Of a DNA stretch of 64,000 bases, positions 1-10,178 are shown piece after piece. The translations under genes and the position numbers were made by a program. The notes under the pieces are model-generated. The model saw only the letters and a list, made by a program, of their open reading frames with translations, did no database searches and was not told where the DNA came from. This DNA is from Candidatus Kerfeldbacteria bacterium (GTDB taxonomy: Bacteria > Patescibacteriota > Patescibacteriia > UBA9570 > XYC2-FULL-38-9), in NCBI GenBank assembly GCA_016182555.1, contig JACPGJ010000004.1, positions 78,751 to 142,750 on the forward strand, in the 5' to 3' direction. Each line of letters starts with the position of its first letter. Position 1 is the first letter of the stretch.

Positions 1-231
1 ATACGCTACTACTTTTTTAATATACCCTTCATACCCCACGTTGCCTTTCACCGGCGCGCCATAGCCAGGCACAATGACGGTGTGTTGTTCGTTAGTGTCG
101 GTGAGCGATACTTTAATATCTTTCGCGAAGCCGATCCATTCACCAAACGTATGGAACTGTGCTTTTGGCGAACATCCAAAAAATACGAGTGAAAATAGTG
201 GGAGGAGAGTGAGAAAAAATATTTTTTTCAT
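1..231 (-). CDS. Partial lipoprotein-like secreted protein. Starts MKKIFFLTLLPLFSLVFFGCS, runs off the 5' edge of the window.
   Basis: Reverse-strand translation from ATG (231..229) gives a signal peptide plus a lipobox-like FFGC. The ORF is open to position 1. Confidence 0.4.
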   Translation of the reverse strand, partial: MKKIFFLTLLPLFSLVFFGCSPKAQFHTFGEWIGFAKDIKVSLTDTNEQHTVIVPGYGAPVKGNVGYEGYIKKVVAY

Positions 232-278
232 ACACGTGTCTTTAGGAACTATTCATAGAGGCATTATACCATTATACA

Positions 279-1538
279 CTACCGTCTCCCACGCCCCCGA
301 GAAGAAGAGGTGCGAAATGGACGACGAGATCGTGGTGGTCGGCTTCGATTTCCACGACTCGGTGCAAATGCTTGCGGCGCTGCTTGTTCAGCCGTACTCA
401 ATGTATTCGTCACTTGTAGTGTCTTTCTGATCAACCGTTCAATATCGCGAATATCTCTTTTTTGGTCTGGTGTGGCCAATGAAATTGCACGCCCAGTATT
501 GCCAGCACGTCCAGTTCGCCCAATACGATGAACATAATCTTCCGAATTATCAGGCAAATCAAAATTAATCACCAGTTCAATATTATGAACATCAATGCCA
601 CGCGCCGCAATATCTGTTGCCACCAGTACCCGATATTTTCCTGATTTAAAACCTGCCAATGCTTCACGGCGTTGTGCAAGCGATCGATTCGAATGAATCT
701 CTGCCACATGGTGACCAAGGGCATGAATATCGCGTGTAATTTTTTTCGCTCCGTGTTTCGTTCGAGAAAACACCAACACCGTTCCGCGGTATTCATTCAA
801 TAATTTTTCTAATACTTCTCGCTTTTTTTCTTTTTTCACAATAATCATCTCTTGTTCCACTTGTTCTGATGAAGTCCCTGCTGGAGCCACTTCAATGCGT
901 ACGGGCAGTTGCATGTGCTTTGTGGCAATTTGCATAATGGCGTGCGGCATGGTAGCGGAAAATAGCATCGTTTGTCGTTGATCCGGTTTCGGCAAATGGG
1001 CAATAATTTTATTGAGCTGTGGTGCAAAACCCATATCAAACATTCGGTCAGCTTCATCTAATACAAAAATGGCTACCTGGTCCAATTTTACTGTGCGCTG
1101 TTGCAAGTGATCTACTAGTCGCCCAGGAGTGGCAATAATGACATGTGGGTGCGCGCGAAGGCTTCGTATTTGCCGCTGTTGGGGTTCTCCGCCAATTAAT
1201 ACTGTTGTGCGTATGCCAAGACTGCGGCCAATCTGCTGTAATGTTTCATCTACCTGCTGTGCCAGCTCGCGCGTTGGAAGAACCACTAATCCCATTTTGC
1301 CTTTATGGATACGGCCAAGACGTTGCAACATCGGAATACCAAAAGCAAGCGTTTTGCCTGTACCGGTTTGCGCGATACCAACAACATCTTTTCCATCAAT
1401 ACCCGCAGGAATGGCTTGATGTTGAATGGGGGTTGGTTGGATAAATTTATTGTGCGTCAACACCGCCAACAGTTTTGGCGCAATGCCTAAACCCTGAAAG
1501 CTTGTCGGTTGATTCGATTGTGTTAAATTGTTTTGCAT
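279..1538 (-). CDS. DEAD-box ATP-dependent RNA helicase with an RGG/RS-rich C-terminal tail
   Basis: Q-motif region, AQTGTGKT (motif I), PTRELA, DEAD, SAT and HRIGRTGR motifs. C-terminus is SRGRGRR rich. Confidence 0.9.
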   Translation of the reverse strand: MQNNLTQSNQPTSFQGLGIAPKLLAVLTHNKFIQPTPIQHQAIPAGIDGKDVVGIAQTGTGKTLAFGIPMLQRLGRIHKGKMGLVVLPTRELAQQVDETLQQIGRSLGIRTTVLIGGEPQQRQIRSLRAHPHVIIATPGRLVDHLQQRTVKLDQVAIFVLDEADRMFDMGFAPQLNKIIAHLPKPDQRQTMLFSATMPHAIMQIATKHMQLPVRIEVAPAGTSSEQVEQEMIIVKKEKKREVLEKLLNEYRGTVLVFSRTKHGAKKITRDIHALGHHVAEIHSNRSLAQRREALAGFKSGKYRVLVATDIAARGIDVHNIELVINFDLPDNSEDYVHRIGRTGRAGNTGRAISLATPDQKRDIRDIERLIRKTLQVTNTLSTAEQAAPQAFAPSRGNRSRPPRSRRPFRTSSSRGRGRR

Positions 1539-1644
1539 AACATGAATAAGGGGTAGAGTATACCAACTATTCTGAATTTGTCAAGCATTGAAATAGCGTT
1601 GAAATAGATTTTTTCTCGTATGTATTGGCAGCCAACGGAATCCC

Positions 1645-2595
1645 TTATCGTTTTCGACGCAGAATAAAAACCAACAAGAACAACCCTGCGACTGCAGTCA
1701 TTGTGATACCAACTGTAAAGAACACCGTGGCCACATGATTGCCCCCAATAATGACAGTATCTTTGATGAGCGGTTGTACTTGGCTCGGCAGATCGCTTTC
1801 TCGTAAGCGCTGCTGCACCACTGCTGGGAACCGGGAACGAGCCACCATACTTATTCCACTGATGATTATCCCTGGTGGTAGCAAAGCAAAACCCACCCAA
1901 TAAAGGATGCGCCACGGTTGATGATAGTTGATGGCGCTGAGTATCAATAACAAGATAACGCTTACCGTGACAAGAGCAATAAGAAGATAACGAACACGAT
2001 ATACAATCAGTCGAACTTGTTTCAACTGATCACGAACCCGTGCATCCTCTTTTACTTGTGTATTCAAATCAATCGAAGCTGGAATATTGGAAAAAATTTC
2101 ATCCACTTGCGTTTGCACTTCTGCTTCGTTTACCAGCGTATTCGGATTCGTTTGAAATTTTTTATGGATGACTTCCTGCAATTGTTGGCGCAATTTGTTG
2201 GAAACCTCTTTCAACGGGATTTGTAAACGCGGTGTCGTAAGATCACCGTGCAAATAGGCAAAAAAATCCTGAACTGCCTGTGTCACTTGCTGCCGTAAAA
2301 AATCTTCATCAATAGCATTAGTGATCACGATTTCACCATCAGCTTCATTCAATAAAGCTAACGGATTGCTTGCATGATCTGTCGTATCTCCATTGTTTTG
2401 TTGGTTCTGCAAATAATCAATCAATAACTGCGGAACAATGTGTATAGCTTCGTGGTAAACGTCAGCTTCATCCAATGTCGAGAGATACAGTTGTGGATAC
2501 AGTAATAAAAACCACGCGTTCACTCCAATAACCGTTGCCAATAGGAGTGGCCACAGGAACAATACCAAAAATGATGAACATACCCTCCTCAACAT
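1645..2595 (-). CDS. Hypothetical integral membrane protein (N- and C-terminal TM segments)
   Basis: Complete 316-aa ORF with hydrophobic helices at both ends. No recognisable catalytic motif. Confidence 0.45.
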   Translation of the reverse strand: MLRRVCSSFLVLFLWPLLLATVIGVNAWFLLLYPQLYLSTLDEADVYHEAIHIVPQLLIDYLQNQQNNGDTTDHASNPLALLNEADGEIVITNAIDEDFLRQQVTQAVQDFFAYLHGDLTTPRLQIPLKEVSNKLRQQLQEVIHKKFQTNPNTLVNEAEVQTQVDEIFSNIPASIDLNTQVKEDARVRDQLKQVRLIVYRVRYLLIALVTVSVILLLILSAINYHQPWRILYWVGFALLPPGIIISGISMVARSRFPAVVQQRLRESDLPSQVQPLIKDTVIIGGNHVATVFFTVGITMTAVAGLFLLVFILRRKR

Positions 2596-2638
2596 ATGCT
2601 GTACTGGTATTGTACGCTTTTTTGCTGAGGAAGCAAAT

Positions 2639-3757
2639 TTATTTCAGAGACAACACCTCGTCCAATGGTTCATCGTTCATAAATATCTCTACCTCTTTTA
2701 TATTCTCAAACTGCAAGGCGGTGTCTTCAAGCTGTGCTTTTACGCGCGGGCTATCGCATTCTCCACCCTGAATCAAGGTACCAGATAGATGAACAATCGC
2801 CTTCTCTCCTTCAATAGCCACACGATCGACCTTCAAATTCGATTGATATAATGCATTATATAATCCTGATTTGCCATAGAATTGATCTTTCAATGACAAT
2901 AATTTTTCTAATGCCGCAGTAATGGTTGGCACCGTAGAGGTGATGGTTGTTTCTACGGCTATACTACTATCACCACACCCAATTTTTTCTCCCGATTGTC
3001 CGTTATCTTCCTGCGCAATCAAATACAAATTCACGGTTGCTTGCTGATTTTCACCCGTTTGATTGGTAAAGACACTTGCATCACAGTTATTATTATCTGG
3101 CGTACAGCCAATCTGCATCCACTCATAGAATGCGGTAGGGTCTTCATTGATCGCATAGATCACTTTTTGCACACCACTAAATTGTTTGAGCGTAAGATCG
3201 GTAGAGGCAAAAAATTCCTGGCTAGCACAGCTGGCATTGGCATTCGGCAAAATGGTCCGAATATCATTCAGATCAACATAGGCCGTATAGTCTTGAATAG
3301 TCACTTGTTTGAGCATGTTCGCTGAACCTTCAGAAAAAAGAGACGTATACCCTTCAGCCTGCTCTCTCGTGGTTGGACCAGCAAATAGTTGGTTCAACGC
3401 TTCTTGCGCAAATGCAGCTGTCGTTTCATCTTCTGGCGTTGGAGCCGTGCGGTTTACACCATCCACGTTTCCACAATCTTGTTCGTTGGTATTATTATCG
3501 GGGTGCTGAAAAAAAACAGAAAAATGCATCGTCTTAATTGTATTCGTGTTATTGATATTTCCCGCATCATTCGTTGTATTCACGTTTTGGTTTGTCTGGT
3601 CAATGTTTGTTTGAGTGTTCCGACCAGATTGCTGCCATAGATATACTCCACCGCCGACAACAAGCGCGGTGGCCAAAATGGCGATAATCATTTTGAGCAT
3701 CATCATATTACGTTGTGAAGCATTTGTTGGTGTCGGTTCCATAGAAAAAATACTCAA
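2639..3757 (-). CDS. Membrane-anchored extracytoplasmic protein, possible GerMN-like domain at the C-terminus
   Basis: N-terminal TM anchor (MMMLKMIIAILATALVVGGGVYLW), low-complexity N/T-rich linker. The C-terminal region resembles sporulation/germination GerMN-type domains. Confidence 0.35.
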   Translation of the reverse strand: MSIFSMEPTPTNASQRNMMMLKMIIAILATALVVGGGVYLWQQSGRNTQTNIDQTNQNVNTTNDAGNINNTNTIKTMHFSVFFQHPDNNTNEQDCGNVDGVNRTAPTPEDETTAAFAQEALNQLFAGPTTREQAEGYTSLFSEGSANMLKQVTIQDYTAYVDLNDIRTILPNANASCASQEFFASTDLTLKQFSGVQKVIYAINEDPTAFYEWMQIGCTPDNNNCDASVFTNQTGENQQATVNLYLIAQEDNGQSGEKIGCGDSSIAVETTITSTVPTITAALEKLLSLKDQFYGKSGLYNALYQSNLKVDRVAIEGEKAIVHLSGTLIQGGECDSPRVKAQLEDTALQFENIKEVEIFMNDEPLDEVLSLK

Positions 3758-3867
3758 TAATAATATAATCTACTCTAGTAGTATGCTCCAAGATACACAT
3801 TGAAGCAACTGGTCGAAATAACCGCTTATTGATAGAATATGGATAATTATTATTAGGCGTATTTTCT

Positions 3868-6084
3868 ATGCCCACTCCTGTCTCGACATCTCCGTGGTTT
3901 GCCTTTCCACCAGATCAGCCCAGGTATCCTGTACTCAAAAAAGAGCTTTCTGCTGATGTGGTAATTCTTGGCGGCGGAATTGTTGGTGTAATGACTGCCT
4001 GGGAGTTAGCCAAACATGGAATGTCGGTAGTCGTGGTAGAAAAAAATGTCATCGCTTCTGGAGATACGGGTCTGACAACCGCCTTCCTCAGCCGTGTTCC
4101 AGACACATCGCTACCTGCCATAGCAAAACGGTACGGGCAAGGTATGGTGAATGCATTATTGAGCGCAACAAGCAGCGCACAGGAATCCCTCTTTAACACG
4201 ATTGAGCAAGAACAGATTGATTGTGATTTTGATCGCTGCAGGTCCTATACCTATTCCTATGAAGCCGGTGATAAACGAATGGATGACTTGTGGGCTGTTA
4301 TTCAACAAGCAGATAAACGAACTCAACGGGTGAATGCCACACATGCGGAAGCAACTGGTGCGCCCATAGCCGACGCCGTGTGTATGGAAAATGAAGGACG
4401 ATTTCACATTCGCAAATTTTTATTTGGTTTACTTGAACGACCACAAGCAAAAAAAATACACATCTTTGAAGAAACGGAAGCAACGGCTGTAACGGTCAAT
4501 GAACATGGAGTGATTGTGACCACACCACATGGCGCAGTGCGTGCAAAAAAACTCATTGTAACGACCGGGTTACCGCATGATGCATTTGCCGAATTGCGCC
4601 CGCTGTTTACCCATGTGCTCACCTATGTCATGTCGGTGCAGTTTGAAAAAAAAGTTCCGATTTCTGATGATTTATTCTGGGATATTCACCACCCGTATTT
4701 TTACTATCGAAGGCTAGATGACCATACGATGATTCTGGGTGGAGCAGATACCGAAGTCGCCACCATGGATCCAACACAAAAACCGTTCGCTGAATTATCA
4801 CGTTTTGTGACGAAATATTTTCCCGAAAAAAGCCACGTGACTCATACCTGGTCTGGAAGCCTCTTCTTGACCGAAGATGAATTACCGTATATCAGCGAGC
4901 ACCCACACTATGCTGATCGAGTGTATGTGGCGAGTGGTTTTTCTGGTAATGGCATGGTCATGGGCGCTATGGCCGGAACCATATTAGCAGACCTCGTTCG
5001 TCATGTTGCCAATCCTTACGCTACACTATTTTCGTTTACGCGAACTGGAATCCACATACCAAAACCGCAACCCTACCCGAGCGCATCTTCTCAACAACAT
5101 AGCCGCCAAAAAACACCACTCGTGCTGAAACGCTTCTTTCAAATACTGATTCCGCTATTCTATATTGCCATACTCATTCTGCCTGGATATCTCTTTTTCA
5201 CAAGTCGCGGTGGTCTTTCATTTCTTAATGGGTTAGAACCACCTATTGTGCTGTTGCTCATTTTTCCGCTTGTTGGTTTATACGCATTTACGATCTTGTG
5301 GGCACAATTTATGATGGGAACGAATATGCCCTATTTACGTCGTCTATTTCCGTGGATTCTTCGGGCCCATATTACCCAAGGCATTTTTGTGTTGTTATTT
5401 GCCCTCGCGCATCCACTCTTGCTGATCAACGGTATTGGATTCACCTCATATGTACATTATGAATTTGTAGGAAAAAAATTGATTCCGTATGCGGTTCTTG
5501 GTCAAATAAGCGTATTCATTTTAATGCTTACTATAGCAACTGGACTATTGCGCAAATCCAAATGGTTGCAAAATAAATGGTGGTATATTCACTTGTTGAA
5601 TTACGCACTCTTTGTATTCACCTGGATTCATTCGTGGAATATTGGGAGTGATACCCAAATCGGCAATATGAAATATCTGTGGTTATTTTTTGGAACCACG
5701 GGCGTATTGTCTATTCTGGTGCGGATTGGTCGAGCGCTACGGAAACGATTTCCAAAAACCGTATCTTCGGAAAAGCATGAAACATTTACCCGCGTCGCTA
5801 GTATCGGCGATGTTGTTGAAGGGAAGCCGCTGTGCGTTTCGTTCAATGGACGGAAAGTGGCATTATTTCATGTTGGTGACTACTACTATGCTATTGATAA
5901 TACTTGCACGCATGCTGGCGGGCCAATCTGCGAAGGCAAAATGGAAGGAACGACAGTGCAATGCCCGTGGCATGGCGCCAAATTTAATGTGACTACCGGT
6001 GAAGTGGTTGGCCCACCGGCAAAAATGCCACTAAAAAAATACCACGTCCGCGTTCGAGGCAACGATATTGTAGTGCGTCTTTAA
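3868..6084 (+). CDS. Three-domain fusion: FAD-dependent oxidoreductase (DadA/DAO-like), polytopic His-containing membrane domain, C-terminal Rieske [2Fe-2S] domain
   Basis: Rossmann fold [18 protein letters not shown] and DAO-type C-terminus [10 protein letters not shown]. About 6 TM helices follow, with conserved His (AHPLLL, WIHSWN). Rieske box [11 protein letters not shown]...CPWHGAKF. Confidence 0.6.
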   Translation: MPTPVSTSPWFAFPPDQPRYPVLKKELSADVVILGGGIVGVMTAWELAKHGMSVVVVEKNVIASGDTGLTTAFLSRVPDTSLPAIAKRYGQGMVNALLSATSSAQESLFNTIEQEQIDCDFDRCRSYTYSYEAGDKRMDDLWAVIQQADKRTQRVNATHAEATGAPIADAVCMENEGRFHIRKFLFGLLERPQAKKIHIFEETEATAVTVNEHGVIVTTPHGAVRAKKLIVTTGLPHDAFAELRPLFTHVLTYVMSVQFEKKVPISDDLFWDIHHPYFYYRRLDDHTMILGGADTEVATMDPTQKPFAELSRFVTKYFPEKSHVTHTWSGSLFLTEDELPYISEHPHYADRVYVASGFSGNGMVMGAMAGTILADLVRHVANPYATLFSFTRTGIHIPKPQPYPSASSQQHSRQKTPLVLKRFFQILIPLFYIAILILPGYLFFTSRGGLSFLNGLEPPIVLLLIFPLVGLYAFTILWAQFMMGTNMPYLRRLFPWILRAHITQGIFVLLFALAHPLLLINGIGFTSYVHYEFVGKKLIPYAVLGQISVFILMLTIATGLLRKSKWLQNKWWYIHLLNYALFVFTWIHSWNIGSDTQIGNMKYLWLFFGTTGVLSILVRIGRALRKRFPKTVSSEKHETFTRVASIGDVVEGKPLCVSFNGRKVALFHVGDYYYAIDNTCTHAGGPICEGKMEGTTVQCPWHGAKFNVTTGEVVGPPAKMPLKKYHVRVRGNDIVVRL

Positions 6085-6614
6085 AAAAGAAGAAATTTAA
6101 TTCCCATCAGTATCAACACTATTCCACCAAAAATTTCCGCTTTACTTTCTAACCATGTTCCACTCTGTTTTCCAATAAAAACACCACCCACACTAAAGAC
6201 AAAGGTAGTTGTTCCGATGACAAGACACGCGATATACGGATTGATTGCCAGTAACGTAAAACTGAAACCCGCAGCCATGGCATCAATGCTCGTAGCGATA
6301 GCAAGCATGAGCATGACTTTATTCGTCACATGCGAAATATCTTCTTCAATACCCTCTTGCAAACCTTCATAAAGCGTTTTTGTACCAATAAGAACCAATA
6401 AACCAAAAGCGACCCAGTGGGTATAGGCCTCTATCCAACCGAGAACACCCTTGCCGCCCAGATACCCAATGAGTGGCATAAAAGCTTGAAAAACACCAAA
6501 AAATACTCCTGCTTTGATTGCTTGATTTACTCCGTTTTTCTTGGCACCCAAACCAATAGATACAGCAAATGCATCCATGCTGAGCGCGATGGCGAGAATA
6601 ATAACTTCAAACAT
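6081..6614 (-). CDS. mntP: Manganese efflux pump MntP (DUF204 family)
   Basis: [11 protein letters not shown] at the N-terminus and the duplicated SIDAMAAG half. Length and TM pattern match MntP/YebN. Confidence 0.8.
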   Translation of the reverse strand: MFEVIILAIALSMDAFAVSIGLGAKKNGVNQAIKAGVFFGVFQAFMPLIGYLGGKGVLGWIEAYTHWVAFGLLVLIGTKTLYEGLQEGIEEDISHVTNKVMLMLAIATSIDAMAAGFSFTLLAINPYIACLVIGTTTFVFSVGGVFIGKQSGTWLESKAEIFGGIVLILMGIKFLLF

Positions 6615-6700
6615 AGTGTTTTATGGTTTTTTTAAAAACCTCTGCAAAAATTATTCACGACTCATGATAGCCATTTTGATATTTCGTTATTCACCTCCAC

Positions 6701-7522
6701 TCAGGTAAAACTGATATTAACGCCCAAATCATTCAACAAGCTTAGACTAGCAGTTGCTGTTTTATTATGCAAATCTTTTTCCTCATGCCAAGCAGATACA
6801 GAAATAGCAACAATATTTCTGTTCGCCAATGATTCGAAAAGGGCTTTCATGTCTGAAAAACTTGGGCCGGATTTTACATGATATTTGAGAGCTGGCATTT
6901 CTTTTTCAGCATCAACGACGTCTGTATCCCAATGAAAATATATGCTTTCGTCTTGTCGTGGAAGATGTTTGGAGATATCCGCAATACGACATCGCGTTAC
7001 TTTTGAATTTTGCAACGCCTCCTTTTCTCCTGGGTCGAGATCTCGCCCATCAGCAAGAACGATTTGACCTTCGGGATAAGGTTTTAGCCCGGCCATCTCG
7101 ACGATTCGCTGGTCACCTCGTCCCACAAGCATCGCTAAAGGCATCCCACCGATATACTTTGTTTGTGTTGTTTCCCAAGTATGAAAATCGCCATGAGCAT
7201 CGAGCCAAAGTATTCGTTCTGGTTGTTTTCCAGCTTTTTGTAATCCAGCAAGTACACCGAGCGTCGAGACGCAATCTCCGGCGATACTTACCGGAATAAA
7301 ATCATCATTTACCATTTCTTTGATTTTTTCGGAAAGGAGGAAATATATTTTAGCCATTCTTTGAATCTTTTCGTCTGAGTTTGGAAGGATCACCTCTCTG
7401 CATTCAGGTACTTCCAGCACTTCCCAGGGGTTATAATCAATATCGCGAACACGGCAAAGCCCATCTCGCCACTGTCCCATTAAGAACGGTGTTATTATTT
7501 TTCGATACTTTTTCATAACCAT
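6701..7522 (-). CDS. Arginase/agmatinase/formiminoglutamase (ureohydrolase) family protein
   Basis: Motifs AGDCVS (GGDHS-like), LDAHGDFHTWETT (DAHxDxxT) and HWDTDVVD (SxDxDxxD) in the canonical order. Confidence 0.55.
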   Translation of the reverse strand: MVMKKYRKIITPFLMGQWRDGLCRVRDIDYNPWEVLEVPECREVILPNSDEKIQRMAKIYFLLSEKIKEMVNDDFIPVSIAGDCVSTLGVLAGLQKAGKQPERILWLDAHGDFHTWETTQTKYIGGMPLAMLVGRGDQRIVEMAGLKPYPEGQIVLADGRDLDPGEKEALQNSKVTRCRIADISKHLPRQDESIYFHWDTDVVDAEKEMPALKYHVKSGPSFSDMKALFESLANRNIVAISVSAWHEEKDLHNKTATASLSLLNDLGVNISFT

Positions 7523-8745
7523 GTTTCGGAATCCATTTTATATGCAAGCAAAGCCATCATTTCCCTAACTTCCTTTTGCTCTCCGATTTTGAGCATCTGC
7601 TTTTCTCTTTTTAACCAACGCCTTGCTTTTGGAGTTTCTATAGCCATTACAACGGGGAGGCTTATGGATCCTAACTCCCGTAAACCGAGGTAAGTAGTAA
7701 TTTGTTTTATCGTCTCTTTCGGTTCTGATAAGACTTGTTCAAAAGAAATTTGCAACTTCGACACTTTACTTTCAAGAATGGCCTCATGGGCAGACAGCCA
7801 TTGATTAAGACAAACATCTTCTAGCCTCGCGGTTGTGAATTCTTGCCAATTTGGAGGCAGATCAAACTTCCACCAATGCTTACCAAATTCAACCAAATCA
7901 GAATAACCCTTAATGTTCAAAGATATTCCCGCCCCTTTTAAATTGTGAGAAAAGAATCCTACCGGCGAGAGCCAACCATCCATAAGTCCGTTGACAGATT
8001 GAGCGTATCCACGAGTCAAGTGAATATATTTTATTTCAGCGTTTGGAAAAATTTGTTCGTACATCCCGATTCGGTATGCATCCGGAGGTGTTTTAAAAAG
8101 TAATGTTTTGTTTTCTACATCATCAGCTGTAAACGATCTTGCATAAAGTCGGGGGACAACAAAAGGTGGCTCCTCGATTTTCAACTCATCGAAAAAAAGT
8201 TTTGTGTCGGAAACTGTATAACCGTCGTAATAGCTCATTCTCCACGGTGAATTTCTAAAGATTTTCCTGAGAATGAGCTTTTGTAATTCTTTTTCTTCCT
8301 TAATATCCGATGCTTTTATTTTAGTGAAAACGCTATCGAGTAATTCGATAAGCTCTGCGTGTCCTTCTGTTCCAGAAAAGACTGCTGGGAATTGCAAAAG
8401 CAACCTCTTTTCCCAACGCTTCTTTAGAATCTCCGATGGAGGCAAATCTTCGAATGGTATCGTGAGGCCATCAAGGATATTACTGGCTAATTCATTTTTG
8501 TTCGATAAAATTTCGATCGCATCACTATTCGAGTTATAGCCAAATCCGTTTCTTGATAGGGTAAGGAGTGGTTCTATTTCTCCATCGAGGGAAGCAATGT
8601 CAGAATGCGTCCTCAAAATGCTTTTTACCAGACTCGATCCAGAACGTGGGCTCGTCAAAATAACTGCAACTTTTTTAACCGATTCGTTCAAGTTTGAATC
8701 AGAGACGTTGCGAAGCGCATTTATTTTTTTGATAAGGTCATCCAT
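7513..8745 (-). CDS. Hypothetical P-loop protein, possibly sulfotransferase-like
   Basis: VAVILTSPRSGSSLV resembles the PAPS-binding 5'-PSB motif of bacterial sulfotransferases. Weak; the rest is unassigned. Confidence 0.3.
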   Translation of the reverse strand: MDDLIKKINALRNVSDSNLNESVKKVAVILTSPRSGSSLVKSILRTHSDIASLDGEIEPLLTLSRNGFGYNSNSDAIEILSNKNELASNILDGLTIPFEDLPPSEILKKRWEKRLLLQFPAVFSGTEGHAELIELLDSVFTKIKASDIKEEKELQKLILRKIFRNSPWRMSYYDGYTVSDTKLFFDELKIEEPPFVVPRLYARSFTADDVENKTLLFKTPPDAYRIGMYEQIFPNAEIKYIHLTRGYAQSVNGLMDGWLSPVGFFSHNLKGAGISLNIKGYSDLVEFGKHWWKFDLPPNWQEFTTARLEDVCLNQWLSAHEAILESKVSKLQISFEQVLSEPKETIKQITTYLGLRELGSISLPVVMAIETPKARRWLKREKQMLKIGEQKEVREMMALLAYKMDSETWL

Positions 8746-8749
8746 AGTA

Positions 8750-9421
8750 TTATCTCGGCTTCAAGACAAACGCATAAAATACTTTTCCATCGGCAGACTG
8801 GCGACCGATTACTTTAATGGAAAATCTCGCCGCTTTTGCCAGTGTTTTTATCTCTTCTATCGCTCCGAAATTAGATTGAGCGAAATATATTCTTCCTTTT
8901 GGTCTAAGGTGTTTTCTTACCTCTTTAAAAAACTGTTTATTCGTTTTTAAACCGGTATCCCATTGAGATTTAGCCACTACATCGTGTGCCCGTTTATTTC
9001 TGAAAGGAAGATTTGCTGTAATAACATCAAATTGTTCTTTTCCAATGTTTTCAAAAAGGTTGGAGCGTTTGACCACAATCATTTTTTCGAAACCGTGCAT
9101 TTTAGCATTATGGCGCGTGCTCTTGATGGCCGCAGGATTTATGTCCACTGCGACAACTTTTTCCGCACCCCGATAACAAGCAAAAATGGCGATAACACCA
9201 GAACCCGTGCCCATATCCAAAACATGTTCGCCCTTTTTGATTTTGAAGTTTTTCACAAGAGGCTGGCTATCTCTAAACGGCCAAAACGTATTTTTATACA
9301 CGACAAATGTCTTTCCAAGGTACTGGATTATTTTTCCTTGAGCAGATACTGCCTTAAACATGCGTTGTCTCTCCTGCTGCCACTCATCTATTTTTGAGAT
9401 GTTTTTAGGCATGTACACCAT
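8750..9421 (-). CDS. Class I SAM-dependent methyltransferase (small MTase domain, HemK/RsmC-like)
   Basis: Motif I VLDMGTGSGVIAIF and motif IV-like ITANLPF. Confidence 0.55.
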   Translation of the reverse strand: MVYMPKNISKIDEWQQERQRMFKAVSAQGKIIQYLGKTFVVYKNTFWPFRDSQPLVKNFKIKKGEHVLDMGTGSGVIAIFACYRGAEKVVAVDINPAAIKSTRHNAKMHGFEKMIVVKRSNLFENIGKEQFDVITANLPFRNKRAHDVVAKSQWDTGLKTNKQFFKEVRKHLRPKGRIYFAQSNFGAIEEIKTLAKAARFSIKVIGRQSADGKVFYAFVLKPR

Positions 9422-9424
9422 AAA

Positions 9425-10132
9425 TCATTCTTTCCCTAAATCGTACTTGCCAACTATCCTTCTTGATGCTGGATGACATACCGCATTGCACGTAATCACC
9501 TGTACTTTTTCGACTTTGAATTTCCCAATTTTTACATCTCTCATCTTTTGAACTTCGTTAATAAAAGCAATTTGAGGATTTTTGGCAAAACGACAAATTG
9601 TTATATTTCCCCAAAATACAGAAGTTGAAAAATATTTTTTATTATCCGGTACACCAATTTTTTGTAGTCCTTCATCCAAAGCGTAAACCAATTTTTGAAG
9701 TGTCTCGTCTGAATAACCCATGATGGACAAACTTGTTGGGAACATTAAAACATCCTCAACAGTAAATTCAAAAATGGGAAATTGCGGAATTATCTCGTTA
9801 AATAATTCATTGACTTTATTGATATCTGTTTCTGAAAATACAGGTGGTTTATTTATCGTTCTGATATTCTTAATTGTTACATGCATTGATTCTGGCAAGT
9901 AAAAATAATGATGGGGTTCTGTCTTTTTCAATTTTTCAATGACATCTGACATTATTTTTTGTGAAATATCATCGGGAATAAAAACTACCGAAGTCAAACA
10001 AATTTGATCGTCATGTACATAATCTTTTTGCATCTCAACAACAGTCGATTTATGAACTCTGTTCATAAAAGAATCCTCAAGCTGTTTTACCAATTTCTTT
10101 TGTTGTAAAAAATAATCGCTGTTTATATACAT
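9425..10132 (-). CDS. Hypothetical protein with one HxTx motif (HVTI), weakly reminiscent of 2H phosphoesterases
   Basis: Complete ORF. Only one clear H-x-T-x motif, so the assignment is tentative. Confidence 0.25.
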   Translation of the reverse strand: MYINSDYFLQQKKLVKQLEDSFMNRVHKSTVVEMQKDYVHDDQICLTSVVFIPDDISQKIMSDVIEKLKKTEPHHYFYLPESMHVTIKNIRTINKPPVFSETDINKVNELFNEIIPQFPIFEFTVEDVLMFPTSLSIMGYSDETLQKLVYALDEGLQKIGVPDNKKYFSTSVFWGNITICRFAKNPQIAFINEVQKMRDVKIGKFKVEKVQVITCNAVCHPASRRIVGKYDLGKE

Positions 10133-10178
10133 TCTTACTGTAGTAAATCTTCAATTTCTCCAGTAATGAAAACCGGTT

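Noticed and set aside
74-430. 118-aa + strand ORF at the window start
   Set aside because: Overlaps the lipoprotein start and the 3' end of the DEAD-box helicase on the opposite strand. No RBS or motif support.
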